A stretch of DNA of 64,000 nt from Chlamydiota bacterium. Lineage in GTDB: Bacteria > Chlamydiota > Chlamydiia > Chlamydiales > RGXB01. The position numbers and the translations under genes are program-made. The notes beneath the pieces were generated by a model. The model saw only the letters and a list, made by a program, of their open reading frames with translations. It made no database searches and was not told where the DNA came from. The first letter of the stretch is position 1. Each line of letters starts with the position of its first letter. The stretch lies in NCBI GenBank assembly GCA_947494155.1, contig CANLTW010000001.1:64001-128000 (forward strand), written 5' to 3'. Positions 28,690 to 37,232 of this stretch are shown here, one piece after another.

Positions 28690-30482
28690 CTGGATAAATG
28701 GTTCCTTTCCAAGAAAATAAAGACTTTCTTGGAAAAATCTTTTTTGGTTTCCAAAAGCTCTTTAAAGGCCTGTGTTGCCAAAAGGATATCTTTTTTAAGA
28801 TACCCCTTACGAAATTTTGGAAGTATCTTTTCCAGCATCATCTCTTGAGTCCGCTCAGGATTTTGTAAAATTTCCAAAACAATCTCGTTCAGCTTTTCAG
28901 GATCAATACAGGGTGCTAGACCCTCTATCGATAGAGACATTTTGGACAGGAAACGGGCCTCAATTCCATAGTTTCTCAACAGTTCCAATACCCTCTCCTC
29001 ATCTTGATCAAAAGTCGATTCCAAGCGTAAGCTGCGACTAACGCACTCTGTTTGAATCGATGCATCCATGCGATACATTTGCTCTTTAGCTAAAAAATCC
29101 TCAAGAGCATCCAAATCGACAAGAGCCGTTTTCTCCTCCCATTTAGCAATCAAAAAACCGTCGATAATTAAGATCCCCACAACCTCAATCAAAAAAGATT
29201 GTCGTAAAAGCACCCCCTTTTCGCCAAAAGCGCAACCCTTTTTAAACCCCAAAGCATCTCTAGTCTCCAGCTTTTCTATTGTCTCATTTTTTACCAGACT
29301 CCAGTCGGGGGAAAAAAAGGGGGAAATCGAATGCTCTCTTGGGGAAGTCGAATGCTCTCTTGGGGAAGTCGAATGCTCTCTTGGGGAAATCGAATGCTCT
29401 TCGATAGAAAAGTCCCCCTTTCTTTTTTCCAGAGGATACTCATACCCATCCCAGCTATGTATTATATGTGCCAAAGAGGACCCACCTTGCTGTGCAAGCA
29501 ATGCCCTGTCTATCGCCTTTTGGACAATCCTAAACCAGCTTTTCTCCTCCTTAAGTCGCACTAAACTTTTTTGCGGATGGACATTCACATCCACCAAATC
29601 GAACGGAATATCTAAAAAAAGAATCAATGCGGGATGGGTTTTAGGGGGGAAATGTCTCTGATAAGCCTCAAAAGCAGCCATCTGGATTAAAGGGTTTGAG
29701 GCGGTTCTTTGATTTATAAAAAAATATTGCTGCGCCCTCGTTTTTTGCCCCTCTTGAGAAAGACTTATCAACCCATAACATCTTACCGAGTCCTCTTGAA
29801 ATTCAAATAGCTGCATTTTTTTTATCCAAGAGGTGCCAAAAAGGGTTTCAGCTCTCTCTTGAAGAGTTTGTTCAGCCGGGCAATCTAATTCTATTTTTTT
29901 ATCGATTGTGTAACTAAATCGCACTTTGGGATTACAAAGGGCTATTTTCTGCACCATTTTTGTGATCTCCATTGTGGCCCCCTTTACCGTTTTTTGAAAC
30001 TCCAAACGGGCAGGCACATTATGAAAAAGGGAATAAATTTCAAATGTCGTTCCTGGTTCTCTGTGACAAGGTGCAGAATCTAAGAGCTTACCAGCTTTTA
30101 CTTCGACTTTTGTCGCCTCCTGCAAATCTTGCGGTGCCGTTTTCATTAAAACATGACTAATACTGGCGATAGAAGAAAGCGCCTCCCCTCTAAAACCTAA
30201 AGTTTGGATCCCCTTCAGATCCTCTTTTTTTTGGATTTTACTGGTAGCATGCCTTTCAAAACAAAGCAGAGCGTCCTCTTTAAGCATGCCGATACCGTTG
30301 TCCATTATTTTAATGAACTCAAATCCACCCCCTTTAATGTCGATATGGATAGAGCTGCTTTGGGCATCAATAGAGTTTTCCACGAGCTCTTTTATGCAGC
30401 TGGAGGGATTTTCCACCACCTCGCCTGCGGCTATTAGATTAATTAGGTGCTCTTCTAAAAGATGGATAGATCTACGTTGCAT
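28668..30482 (-). CDS. mutL: DNA mismatch repair protein MutL
   Basis: IAAGEVVE.P.S.IKELVENSIDA, DNGIG, RHATSKI, GFRGEAL and VDVNVHP.K. Confidence 0.95.
   Translation of the reverse strand: MQRRSIHLLEEHLINLIAAGEVVENPSSCIKELVENSIDAQSSSIHIDIKGGGFEFIKIMDNGIGMLKEDALLCFERHATSKIQKKEDLKGIQTLGFRGEALSSIASISHVLMKTAPQDLQEATKVEVKAGKLLDSAPCHREPGTTFEIYSLFHNVPARLEFQKTVKGATMEITKMVQKIALCNPKVRFSYTIDKKIELDCPAEQTLQERAETLFGTSWIKKMQLFEFQEDSVRCYGLISLSQEGQKTRAQQYFFINQRTASNPLIQMAAFEAYQRHFPPKTHPALILFLDIPFDLVDVNVHPQKSLVRLKEEKSWFRIVQKAIDRALLAQQGGSSLAHIIHSWDGYEYPLEKRKGDFSIEEHSISPREHSTSPREHSTSPREHSISPFFSPDWSLVKNETIEKLETRDALGFKKGCAFGEKGVLLRQSFLIEVVGILIIDGFLIAKWEEKTALVDLDALEDFLAKEQMYRMDASIQTECVSRSLRLESTFDQDEERVLELLRNYGIEARFLSKMSLSIEGLAPCIDPEKLNEIVLEILQNPERTQEMMLEKILPKFRKGYLKKDILLATQAFKELLETKKDFSKKVFIFLERNHLSRCFSCKD
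29320..29401. repeat. 21-bp tandem repeat, about 3.9 copies, within mutL
   Basis: GGGGAA(A/G)TCGAATGCTCTCTT units at 29320, 29341, 29362 and 29383 (partial), encoding EHS(I/T)SPR. Confidence 0.95.
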
Positions 30483-30583
30483 GATTTCGATCGTAGCAAA
30501 ATCAAAGAAAAAAAGGGATTGGAAGGTTATTCTTTGAAAAAAAAGATCCGAACCATAATTCTATCATGTAAGCCATGATAGGT

Positions 30584-30731
30584 GCTTTATGGCCCGGATG
30601 GTTAAAGAAAAAACCCGCTAATGACTAGGAGTCGTGCTTTAGTGCCCCAGCCTAAACCAAAGACACCCAGCTCAATCCTAATAGGCCAAATAACCACTTG
30701 GTCCCTTCTTTAACCAACATATAAAGTTTTT
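30584..30731 (+). ncRNA. Candidate structured ncRNA (6S-like rod with central bubble)
   Basis: tggttaaagaa (30599) pairs with ttctttaacca (30706), and ctttat pairs with ataaag. Inner pairings tagga/tccta, gtg-cttt/aaag-a-cac and tttag/ctaaa. A U-run follows the 3' end. Confidence 0.45.
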
Positions 30732-30766
30732 GATAATTTTTGTTAAGAAAAAAAACTGTTTTTTTT

Positions 30767-31606
30767 ATGATTAGGATTCTATCCAGCCTTGCCACCTTAG
30801 CCTCAGTAGGCTACGGAGCTTATTACCTCTCTCAACAACATCCTGAAGTAAAAACTAAGGTGATGGATATTATCTATTCGGGCAATTTTCATACGCTCGA
30901 AGCAAGACTTAGTGCCAAACAGATCATGGAGGCTAACAAGCGTAAGCTTCTTAAGGACGACAGGCACCATTTCCTAGAACCGGCAACCCTATTTACCCCG
31001 TATCTTTTGCTAGAGATCAAGTATACCAAACCAGATCACACCACTGGGGAGGGGATGATTTTATGGGACCTTATTGATGGGGAGATGGTAATGAATACCC
31101 AAGGATGGGATAAAACCCATGGGTATGCCGACTGCATTAAAGCCCGTCTAACCAAAAATGAGTTCAAGGTGATCAATCTTTTAGCAGAACGGGGTGGGGC
31201 TTTAGACCGGGGGGCTCTAGCCAGGCTTCTATCCGCAGAGAACGAAACTTTAGATAAAGTGATTGAGGCCTGTAGACGGAAAAAACTGATTGTTTTGACC
31301 GGCAACCAGTATCGACTCCATCTAAAAAGCCCTAAAATTAGCGTGATCCCAGAGACCTCGATTGACGATCACCTAGTGACAAAATCATTAAAAAATGCCG
31401 AGAGACTCTCTCAAAGATTTTCGGAATGGCAGATAAGACAATTAGCAGAATCGACCTTTGGTTCCGATTTTGCGATTCGTAGCACCCTGAATGTCTATCT
31501 CCCTATCTATAACATTACAGTAGGAAACCCGGACGGAACCTTCCATACCTCTTACTGGAACGCCATAAGCGGTAAAGAAATCCCCTTTTCCTCAATGATT
31601 GAGTAA
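30767..31606 (+). CDS. Conserved hypothetical protein with N-terminal membrane anchor
   Basis: 279-aa ORF with PYLLLEIKY, EGMILWDLIDGEMV...W.KTHGY.DC and VYLPIY. Confidence 0.75.
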   Translation: MIRILSSLATLASVGYGAYYLSQQHPEVKTKVMDIIYSGNFHTLEARLSAKQIMEANKRKLLKDDRHHFLEPATLFTPYLLLEIKYTKPDHTTGEGMILWDLIDGEMVMNTQGWDKTHGYADCIKARLTKNEFKVINLLAERGGALDRGALARLLSAENETLDKVIEACRRKKLIVLTGNQYRLHLKSPKISVIPETSIDDHLVTKSLKNAERLSQRFSEWQIRQLAESTFGSDFAIRSTLNVYLPIYNITVGNPDGTFHTSYWNAISGKEIPFSSMIE

Positions 31607-31695
31607 AAGCCCTTAGTACAGGTTATCGCTAAGAGAAAAAGACCTTGTATTTAACCCTTTAGATCCCTTAACATTTAGAGACTTTATTCTTTTTT

Positions 31696-31782
31696 GGAGA
31701 GATGGCCGAGTGGTCGAAGGCGCGTCCCTGCTAAGGACGTATACCCGTGAGGGTATCGAGGGTTCGAATCCCTCTCTCTCCG
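31696..31782 (+). tRNA. tRNA-Ser(GCT)
   Basis: Acceptor GGAGAGA/TCTCTCC, D-loop GAGTGGTCGAAGGC, anticodon arm CGTCC-CTGCTAA-GGACG, long variable arm, GGTTCGAATCC. CCA is not encoded. Confidence 0.97.
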
Positions 31783-31873
31783 CTCTTGTTAACCTCCTCA
31801 TCCTCACCTTTTAGCACTTTTCCCTTTTCGTAAAAAAAATTATTTTGCTATATAGAAGGAAAAAGGACTTTGT

Positions 31874-32077
31874 ATGAAAATTCAAAAAAACCAACCTTCC
31901 AATCCGCATGCCTACCTTGGTAGCAAACCCTCCCTTTTAGACAAACAAATCCAAAAAATTTCACGAAACTGTATTAAACCCTCCAAATCAACATCGGCAT
32001 CAAAACTTGCCAACCACAAGATAACACATGGGCTTGTTGAACAGCCAAAAGGGAAAGTAAAACAGAAGAGGGCATAA
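31874..32077 (+). CDS. Small basic hypothetical protein (67 aa)
   Basis: AAGGA RBS before ATG; Lys/Ser/Pro-rich. Confidence 0.5.
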   Translation: MKIQKNQPSNPHAYLGSKPSLLDKQIQKISRNCIKPSKSTSASKLANHKITHGLVEQPKGKVKQKRA

Positions 32078-32090
32078 CCTTTTTTAAAAA

Positions 32091-32306
32091 TCATACAGCG
32101 ATAAAACAAAAATGAAGCGGTCCGTTCCATCGCGCTTTTTTGTATTGATCTGTTCTTTGGTTTAAAAGGTATAGGCTTTGACCCTTCTGGGAAGATCGGT
32201 TTTTAAGAATTAAAGTCATAAAAGCCGATAGGGGTCGGCCTTGATGGGCGAACCCTTCCCCCTTTTTTGCCTCTCTACTTTCTATTAGAGTCTTCAAAAT
32301 CTCCAT
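32091..32306 (-). CDS. Small hypothetical protein (71 aa)
   Basis: AGGA immediately upstream of ATG; fills the gap convergent with the previous ORF. Confidence 0.4.
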   Translation of the reverse strand: MEILKTLIESREAKKGEGFAHQGRPLSAFMTLILKNRSSQKGQSLYLLNQRTDQYKKARWNGPLHFCFIAV

Positions 32307-32405
32307 TTCCTCTACATCTCTTTCTTAAAAAAAATTCCTGGAGGACAACAGGTATAGTTTACAATTAAGCTGGACAAAACTTTTTTGGGAACCTAAAATG
32401 GTCTC

Positions 32406-33023
32406 ATGGATATTTTAGAAACCATTTATGCGCGCCGATCTATTAAGCTTTTTGAGCCCACACACTCTATGCCTAAAGAGATTTACGAAAAGCTAATCGA
32501 GGCGGCCCGTCAAGCCCCCTCCTCTTACAACCTGCAGCATACTCGGCTTGTTCACGTTAAAGAACAAAAAATCAAAGAGGCTATCTCAAAAGCAGCCTAC
32601 AATCAGCCCCAAATTTTAAGCTCCTGTGTGTTTTTTGTCATTACAGCGGATACAAAAGCTTGGACAAAAAACCCTGAGCGCTGCTGGCAAAATGCCCCGC
32701 AGGAAGTACAAGATTATATCCTTAAATCTATTCCCCCTTTTCATAAAGCTAGACCTTATATAGAAAGAGATGAGGCGATCCGCTCAGGAGCTCTCACGGC
32801 GATGACACTGATGTTAGCTGCAAAAGGATTAGGTTATGATTCTTGTCCCATGATCGGGTTTGAAGAACCCAAAGTCCGCGAGCTGATTCGACTCCCCGAT
32901 GATCATGTTGTGGTAATGCTTTTACCCATAGGCAAAGGGGTAAAGCCACCCCTCCCTAAACCGGGCTTTATCCCGATGGAAGAATTCCTCTATACCGACT
33001 CTTTTCCCGTAGAACAACGCTAA
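32406..33023 (+). CDS. Nitroreductase family protein
   Basis: RRSIKLF, APSSYNLQ, YNQPQI and LMLAAKGLGYDSCPMIGF. Confidence 0.92.
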   Translation: MDILETIYARRSIKLFEPTHSMPKEIYEKLIEAARQAPSSYNLQHTRLVHVKEQKIKEAISKAAYNQPQILSSCVFFVITADTKAWTKNPERCWQNAPQEVQDYILKSIPPFHKARPYIERDEAIRSGALTAMTLMLAAKGLGYDSCPMIGFEEPKVRELIRLPDDHVVVMLLPIGKGVKPPLPKPGFIPMEEFLYTDSFPVEQR

Positions 33024-33043
33024 TTTTTAAATGGAAACCAGCG

Positions 33044-33904
33044 ATGCCTTTTTTTATACCTCGAATATTTAAAACATGTTTTTTTTTCATTCTATTTTCT
33101 CTACTCCCTATCGAGTTAGGGGCTAAAATCTATGATGGTTTTACCTTCTTTAATGAATTAGAACTCCTCGAATTGCGTTTACATCAGCATGCTCCGTTTG
33201 TAGATGCCTTTATTTTAGTGGAGGCAAAAGAGACCTTTCGAGGCGATCCCAAACCACTTTACTACGAGGAAAACAAAGAGCGTTTCCGAAAATTTCACGA
33301 TAAAATTATCCATATTGTTGTGGATAAAATTCCTGCAGATGGGTACCAGGGGGCCAGCGCTTTTTGGCATAGGGAAGCCATACAAAGAAATTCTATTTTT
33401 GAGGGCTTAAAATCGGCCGATTTAACAGATACAGTTATCATCTCTGACGCGGATGAGATTCTGCATGAGAAAATTTTTCGCTTTCTACTGAAAAGATCAT
33501 CCTCTAAAAAAAGAGGGATCAAATCTGTAGAGCAGAATCTTTTTTTGTATCATATGAACCATCAAAGCAAAGAGGGCTGGGTTGGACCGGTAATCTGCCA
33601 GAAAAAAGATCTCTTAGTAGAAACCGCCCATGAATTAAGAAATCGTCGCAACAGCTTTACACGGATTCATGGAGGCTGGCATTTTAGCTACTTGGGGGGG
33701 GGCGAAAGAATCCAAAAAAAAGTGGGAGCTTTTAGCGAAGTCGTCTTTGATAATCTACTCAAGTTAGACCCCAAAGCTGCAGCTCAATGGATCTATGAAA
33801 CAAATAAGGATTCCTGTTTCTTTAGAGAAATAGACGAACATTTTCCAAAATATCTGCTTGAAAATAGAAGCTACTATGAAAAAATAGGCTTCATTCACCC
33901 CTAA
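33044..33904 (+). CDS. GT17 family glycosyltransferase (MGAT3/beta-1,4-GlcNAc transferase-like) with signal peptide
   Basis: KIYD.F.FFNELELLELRL, FILVEA..TF.G.PKPLYY, RE..QRN, ISDADEI and GGWHFSY. Confidence 0.85.
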   Translation: MPFFIPRIFKTCFFFILFSLLPIELGAKIYDGFTFFNELELLELRLHQHAPFVDAFILVEAKETFRGDPKPLYYEENKERFRKFHDKIIHIVVDKIPADGYQGASAFWHREAIQRNSIFEGLKSADLTDTVIISDADEILHEKIFRFLLKRSSSKKRGIKSVEQNLFLYHMNHQSKEGWVGPVICQKKDLLVETAHELRNRRNSFTRIHGGWHFSYLGGGERIQKKVGAFSEVVFDNLLKLDPKAAAQWIYETNKDSCFFREIDEHFPKYLLENRSYYEKIGFIHP

Positions 33905-33915
33905 GAGTCCCTTAC

Positions 33916-33938
33916 CTCCCCCATCCTATTTGGGGGAG
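33916..33938. terminator. Hairpin between convergent GT17 and hisS
   Basis: ctccccca-tcctatt-tgggggag followed by ttt. Confidence 0.65.
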
Positions 33939-33953
33939 TTTAAAAGAATCTTA

Positions 33954-35291
33954 TTAAAGACTCTTCAAGTAGGCTATTAAAGACTCCAGTTGCCCTTTTT
34001 CTTGCCTTTGCTCTTTAAGTATTCTGTAATTGAGAACCGCAGTTTCAATCTCTTCGCTATTGGCTATCACAACAACCTCAAACCCTTTCCGATCTGCGTA
34101 CTTGATCTGGTTGGGCAACGGTTTATCTTGCAGATACACCTCAGCACCATACCCGCGGGCCCGAATTTTTTCCGCTAATTCGATGTAGTAGGGTAAATAA
34201 TCCCGATTTTGGACGGTAACTAATACCTTCGCATTCGTCTCTTTGGAGGATTCAATAAGGCCCCTCTCCAACATTTTTGGAATTAGACGGGAGACGCCTA
34301 TTGAGATACCCACACCGGGTAGCACTTTTCTTGTGAAGGTAGCAGCTAAGTTTTGATAGCGACCCCCGGCACAAATCGTGCCAATCTCCAAACAGTCGAG
34401 CCACTTTGTCTCATAAATAGTTCCAGTATAGTAATTGAGTCCACGCGCTAATGTGGGGTCAATCTCCAGGATTGTTTCAGGGACACCATAGGCTTTTGCC
34501 AGCGCCAGAACCTCTTGGAGCTCTTTGAGCCCCTCCTCAAGTAGGGTTTTGTGTGGAAAGCTTGAAAGATATTCCATCATCTCGTTGTTAGTCCCCTTTT
34601 TTTCCAAAAAGAGGAGAACTTTATCTACTGTCGATTGCTCAAGTCCAAGATCCGATAACCCTAAAGCCATCGAAGCCTGATCGACTTTTTCTTTTTTATC
34701 AATTTGTCTGATTGCGGCCTCAAGGTGCTCGTTAGGTACGCCAAACACCTCCATTAATCCCATCAAAATTTTTCGGTTATTCAGCTTAACAATATAATTT
34801 TTTAGGCCAATAGATTGAAAAATTTTATGGATAATTCCTAAAAGCTCTGCGTCGTAGGCAAGCGACAGCTCATTTTCGCCAATGATATCAATATCACATT
34901 GAATAAATTGCCGGTATCTGCCGGCTTGCGCCCTTTCTCCCCTCCACACCGGCGCTATATGATATCGCTTATAGGGGAAGTGAAGCTGACCGTAATGTTC
35001 TGCAACATACCTTGCCAGCGGAACTGTGAGATCAAATCTTAGGCCCAGGTCTTTCTTGCTCTCTTCCTCAGCAGTCAGGCGGCACAACCCGTAGATTTCA
35101 CTGTCATTTCCTTTAGAAAGTAATGTTGATGCTTTTTCTACAGCCGGGGTATCCATCGGAGAAAAGCCAAACGATTCAAATTGCTTGCGTATCGTATCAA
35201 TACATGTATTAAAAGCTATTTGATCCTTAGGCAAAAACTCCGGAAATCCCGAAATCGATCCCACCAGAATCCCTTTTGATGATTTTGACAT
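33954..35291 (-). CDS. hisS: Histidine--tRNA ligase
   Basis: LRFDLTVPLARY, VWRGER.Q.GRYRQFIQCDIDIIG, LARGLNYYTG, GGRY and an anticodon domain (QIKYAD). Confidence 0.95.
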   Translation of the reverse strand: MSKSSKGILVGSISGFPEFLPKDQIAFNTCIDTIRKQFESFGFSPMDTPAVEKASTLLSKGNDSEIYGLCRLTAEEESKKDLGLRFDLTVPLARYVAEHYGQLHFPYKRYHIAPVWRGERAQAGRYRQFIQCDIDIIGENELSLAYDAELLGIIHKIFQSIGLKNYIVKLNNRKILMGLMEVFGVPNEHLEAAIRQIDKKEKVDQASMALGLSDLGLEQSTVDKVLLFLEKKGTNNEMMEYLSSFPHKTLLEEGLKELQEVLALAKAYGVPETILEIDPTLARGLNYYTGTIYETKWLDCLEIGTICAGGRYQNLAATFTRKVLPGVGISIGVSRLIPKMLERGLIESSKETNAKVLVTVQNRDYLPYYIELAEKIRARGYGAEVYLQDKPLPNQIKYADRKGFEVVVIANSEEIETAVLNYRILKEQRQEKGQLESLIAYLKSL

Positions 35292-35439
35292 GAAATAAAC
35301 CTCTTCTCAAAAGCCCCGATATAGGAAATCGAATCTGGGCTTTAACCTTAAAAAACAGGTTTTGTATTCTAGCTTTTTTTAAAATTAACCATCTATCGAT
35401 TTCCTAGGTAGAGGGCTAACCCTTTTTAAAGGTCCCCTT

Positions 35440-36039
35440 CTAAAGAGAGGCCACCTCTTTTTCTACAGACGAAGAAAAAACTTTGAACGCGCTTTGGGGA
35501 CCGCCTGCGCTTAAATGCCCGATAACAAAAGGGCCCGGCGCCGTTGGGGGCTTTATTTTGGGGATATCTATGAGGATAAGATTGCCTGTCCTTTTGACAT
35601 GGGAAAGAGGAGGTTGAGTTTTCTTACGGGCCAACTCAGCCGTTGTAGTCACGATTAAACGACCCCAGGTATGGCAAACAGCTTTTTGTGGAGATTTATC
35701 TATTACCCATTTCTTCAATTTAATCTGTGGCTCCAAAAGACCAAGAAGAGAAACCGACAAAACCTCAGAGCAATGACTCTTGAGCTGGTTTGTTACCAGA
35801 TGGTGTATAAGCTCGACACTGGAGAGCTTTTCTCGGAAAAAGCGACTTTTCCCCTCCTCCGTAGTCAACTGGTCGAAGTGAACCGGTTCAAGCCAAAAAT
35901 TTTCTTGCGACTCGCGTAATCTTACATACGGGTATTCTTTTGAGGGGGAGATCAGAGCCTCCAAAGCTAAAATAGTGGGTTCAATGTTCCATGCTTTAGC
36001 CGCAAGCCAATTTCCTGGTTGCATACCACCTGAAATCAT
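35440..36039 (-). CDS. Hypothetical protein
   Basis: 199-aa ORF with GAGGA RBS; no motif recognised. Confidence 0.55.
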   Translation of the reverse strand: MISGGMQPGNWLAAKAWNIEPTILALEALISPSKEYPYVRLRESQENFWLEPVHFDQLTTEEGKSRFFREKLSSVELIHHLVTNQLKSHCSEVLSVSLLGLLEPQIKLKKWVIDKSPQKAVCHTWGRLIVTTTAELARKKTQPPLSHVKRTGNLILIDIPKIKPPTAPGPFVIGHLSAGGPQSAFKVFSSSVEKEVASL

Positions 36040-36140
36040 ACTATTCCTCTGATTTTCCTAGTTAAAAAGGGTTTTTCAAAAGAGTGTACTAAATGTAATT
36101 TTTTTTAGAAATAAAAATTTCCCTTTTTATGAGCCTTTCT

Positions 36141-37070
36141 CTAAAGAGTATTTAGAGAGGCATTCGGGTCTTCACTCATTTTCATTCCCTCTTCATACCG
36201 AAAATGAACAGACTCCCTATATCCCGGGGGATTAGGCCAACTGGTTGCGCTCTTTAGAGCCTCCTCGGGGGTGATTTTTAAGTGGTATTTTTCCAGCAGA
36301 CTTTTCAGTTTTTGTTTGGCATGTAGTAGAAAAAGGCCGTGGCGATCTGCGCGAAATTCGACATGTCTTTCCTGTACATGCTTTACATACAAACAACCAA
36401 GAATAGGCAAAAAACGGCGCGCCAGTAGAGAAAGAGTTGGCGTCTCAGGGTCATCTATCGTCAATAAAAGTTTAAATAACTGATAAACGGTCATCCCGTT
36501 AGACAAAATTGTTGTTACGTGAGATTTCAAAATATCCTCATTGATGGAGTGCCCCAGCTCGTGGCCCAAAAAAAACAGGGCATCCGTCTTATCTGCAATA
36601 TGGTCTAAATTCAAAGTGATTTTTTTAGGGCAGATACCGGAACTTGTGGCTGCTATTTTCGACTTCTCAAGGTTAACTTTAATCTCCTCTTGAAAATCGA
36701 GAACCTCTTTGGCTTCTGTCAAAATTTGTGTTAATGACAACCCCTTTTTAGCAAATTCTTCCTGCGCCTCTCTCTCCAGGGCTTCGCTCTCGTCCGATCC
36801 AAAATGGCTCTCTTTTCCAAGTGGCAACCATTTTTTCAGAGGATTTACAACCGAGATATCGAGAACCTTTTCCCAAATAAAAAAAATTTTAGAGTCTATC
36901 CCATCCCGCATTTTTTTTAAGGAATACTCCATTGGTTCTTCCGTCATAAAAGAACTATGAACAAAAGAGGCTAGCGCAGTAATGCCAACTAAAGCTATAG
37001 CGCTCGACAAAATGGGTCGCTCTAGAAATCCCTCTCGCACTGAAGGTGTCAAAAACTGTCCCACAACCAT
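36141..37070 (-). CDS. M48-like zinc metallopeptidase, membrane-anchored
   Basis: FFLGHELGH (HExxH), downstream E.RAD motif and N-terminal TM. Confidence 0.75.
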   Translation of the reverse strand: MVVGQFLTPSVREGFLERPILSSAIALVGITALASFVHSSFMTEEPMEYSLKKMRDGIDSKIFFIWEKVLDISVVNPLKKWLPLGKESHFGSDESEALEREAQEEFAKKGLSLTQILTEAKEVLDFQEEIKVNLEKSKIAATSSGICPKKITLNLDHIADKTDALFFLGHELGHSINEDILKSHVTTILSNGMTVYQLFKLLLTIDDPETPTLSLLARRFLPILGCLYVKHVQERHVEFRADRHGLFLLHAKQKLKSLLEKYHLKITPEEALKSATSWPNPPGYRESVHFRYEEGMKMSEDPNASLNTL

Positions 37071-37232
37071 ATCAAGATCCGATTTTTATTCCTGCTATCT
37101 TTATATTTATTTTAAAATTTGCGCAATATTTTTTTAGAAAACGATCCAAAAGTGATTGAAGAACCCCTTTTTCTAACACGATTATTTTTCATGGGAAAAT
37201 TTTCCCAGATACCCTATATTCTGAACTTAGCT

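Noticed and set aside
29320..29401. Short direct repeats as a possible CRISPR array
   Set aside because: The units are contiguous with no spacers, sit in frame inside mutL, and no cas genes are present.
31696..31800. tRNA-Ser as an integration site of a prophage or ICE
   Set aside because: No integrase and no duplicated tRNA 3' end were seen in the window.
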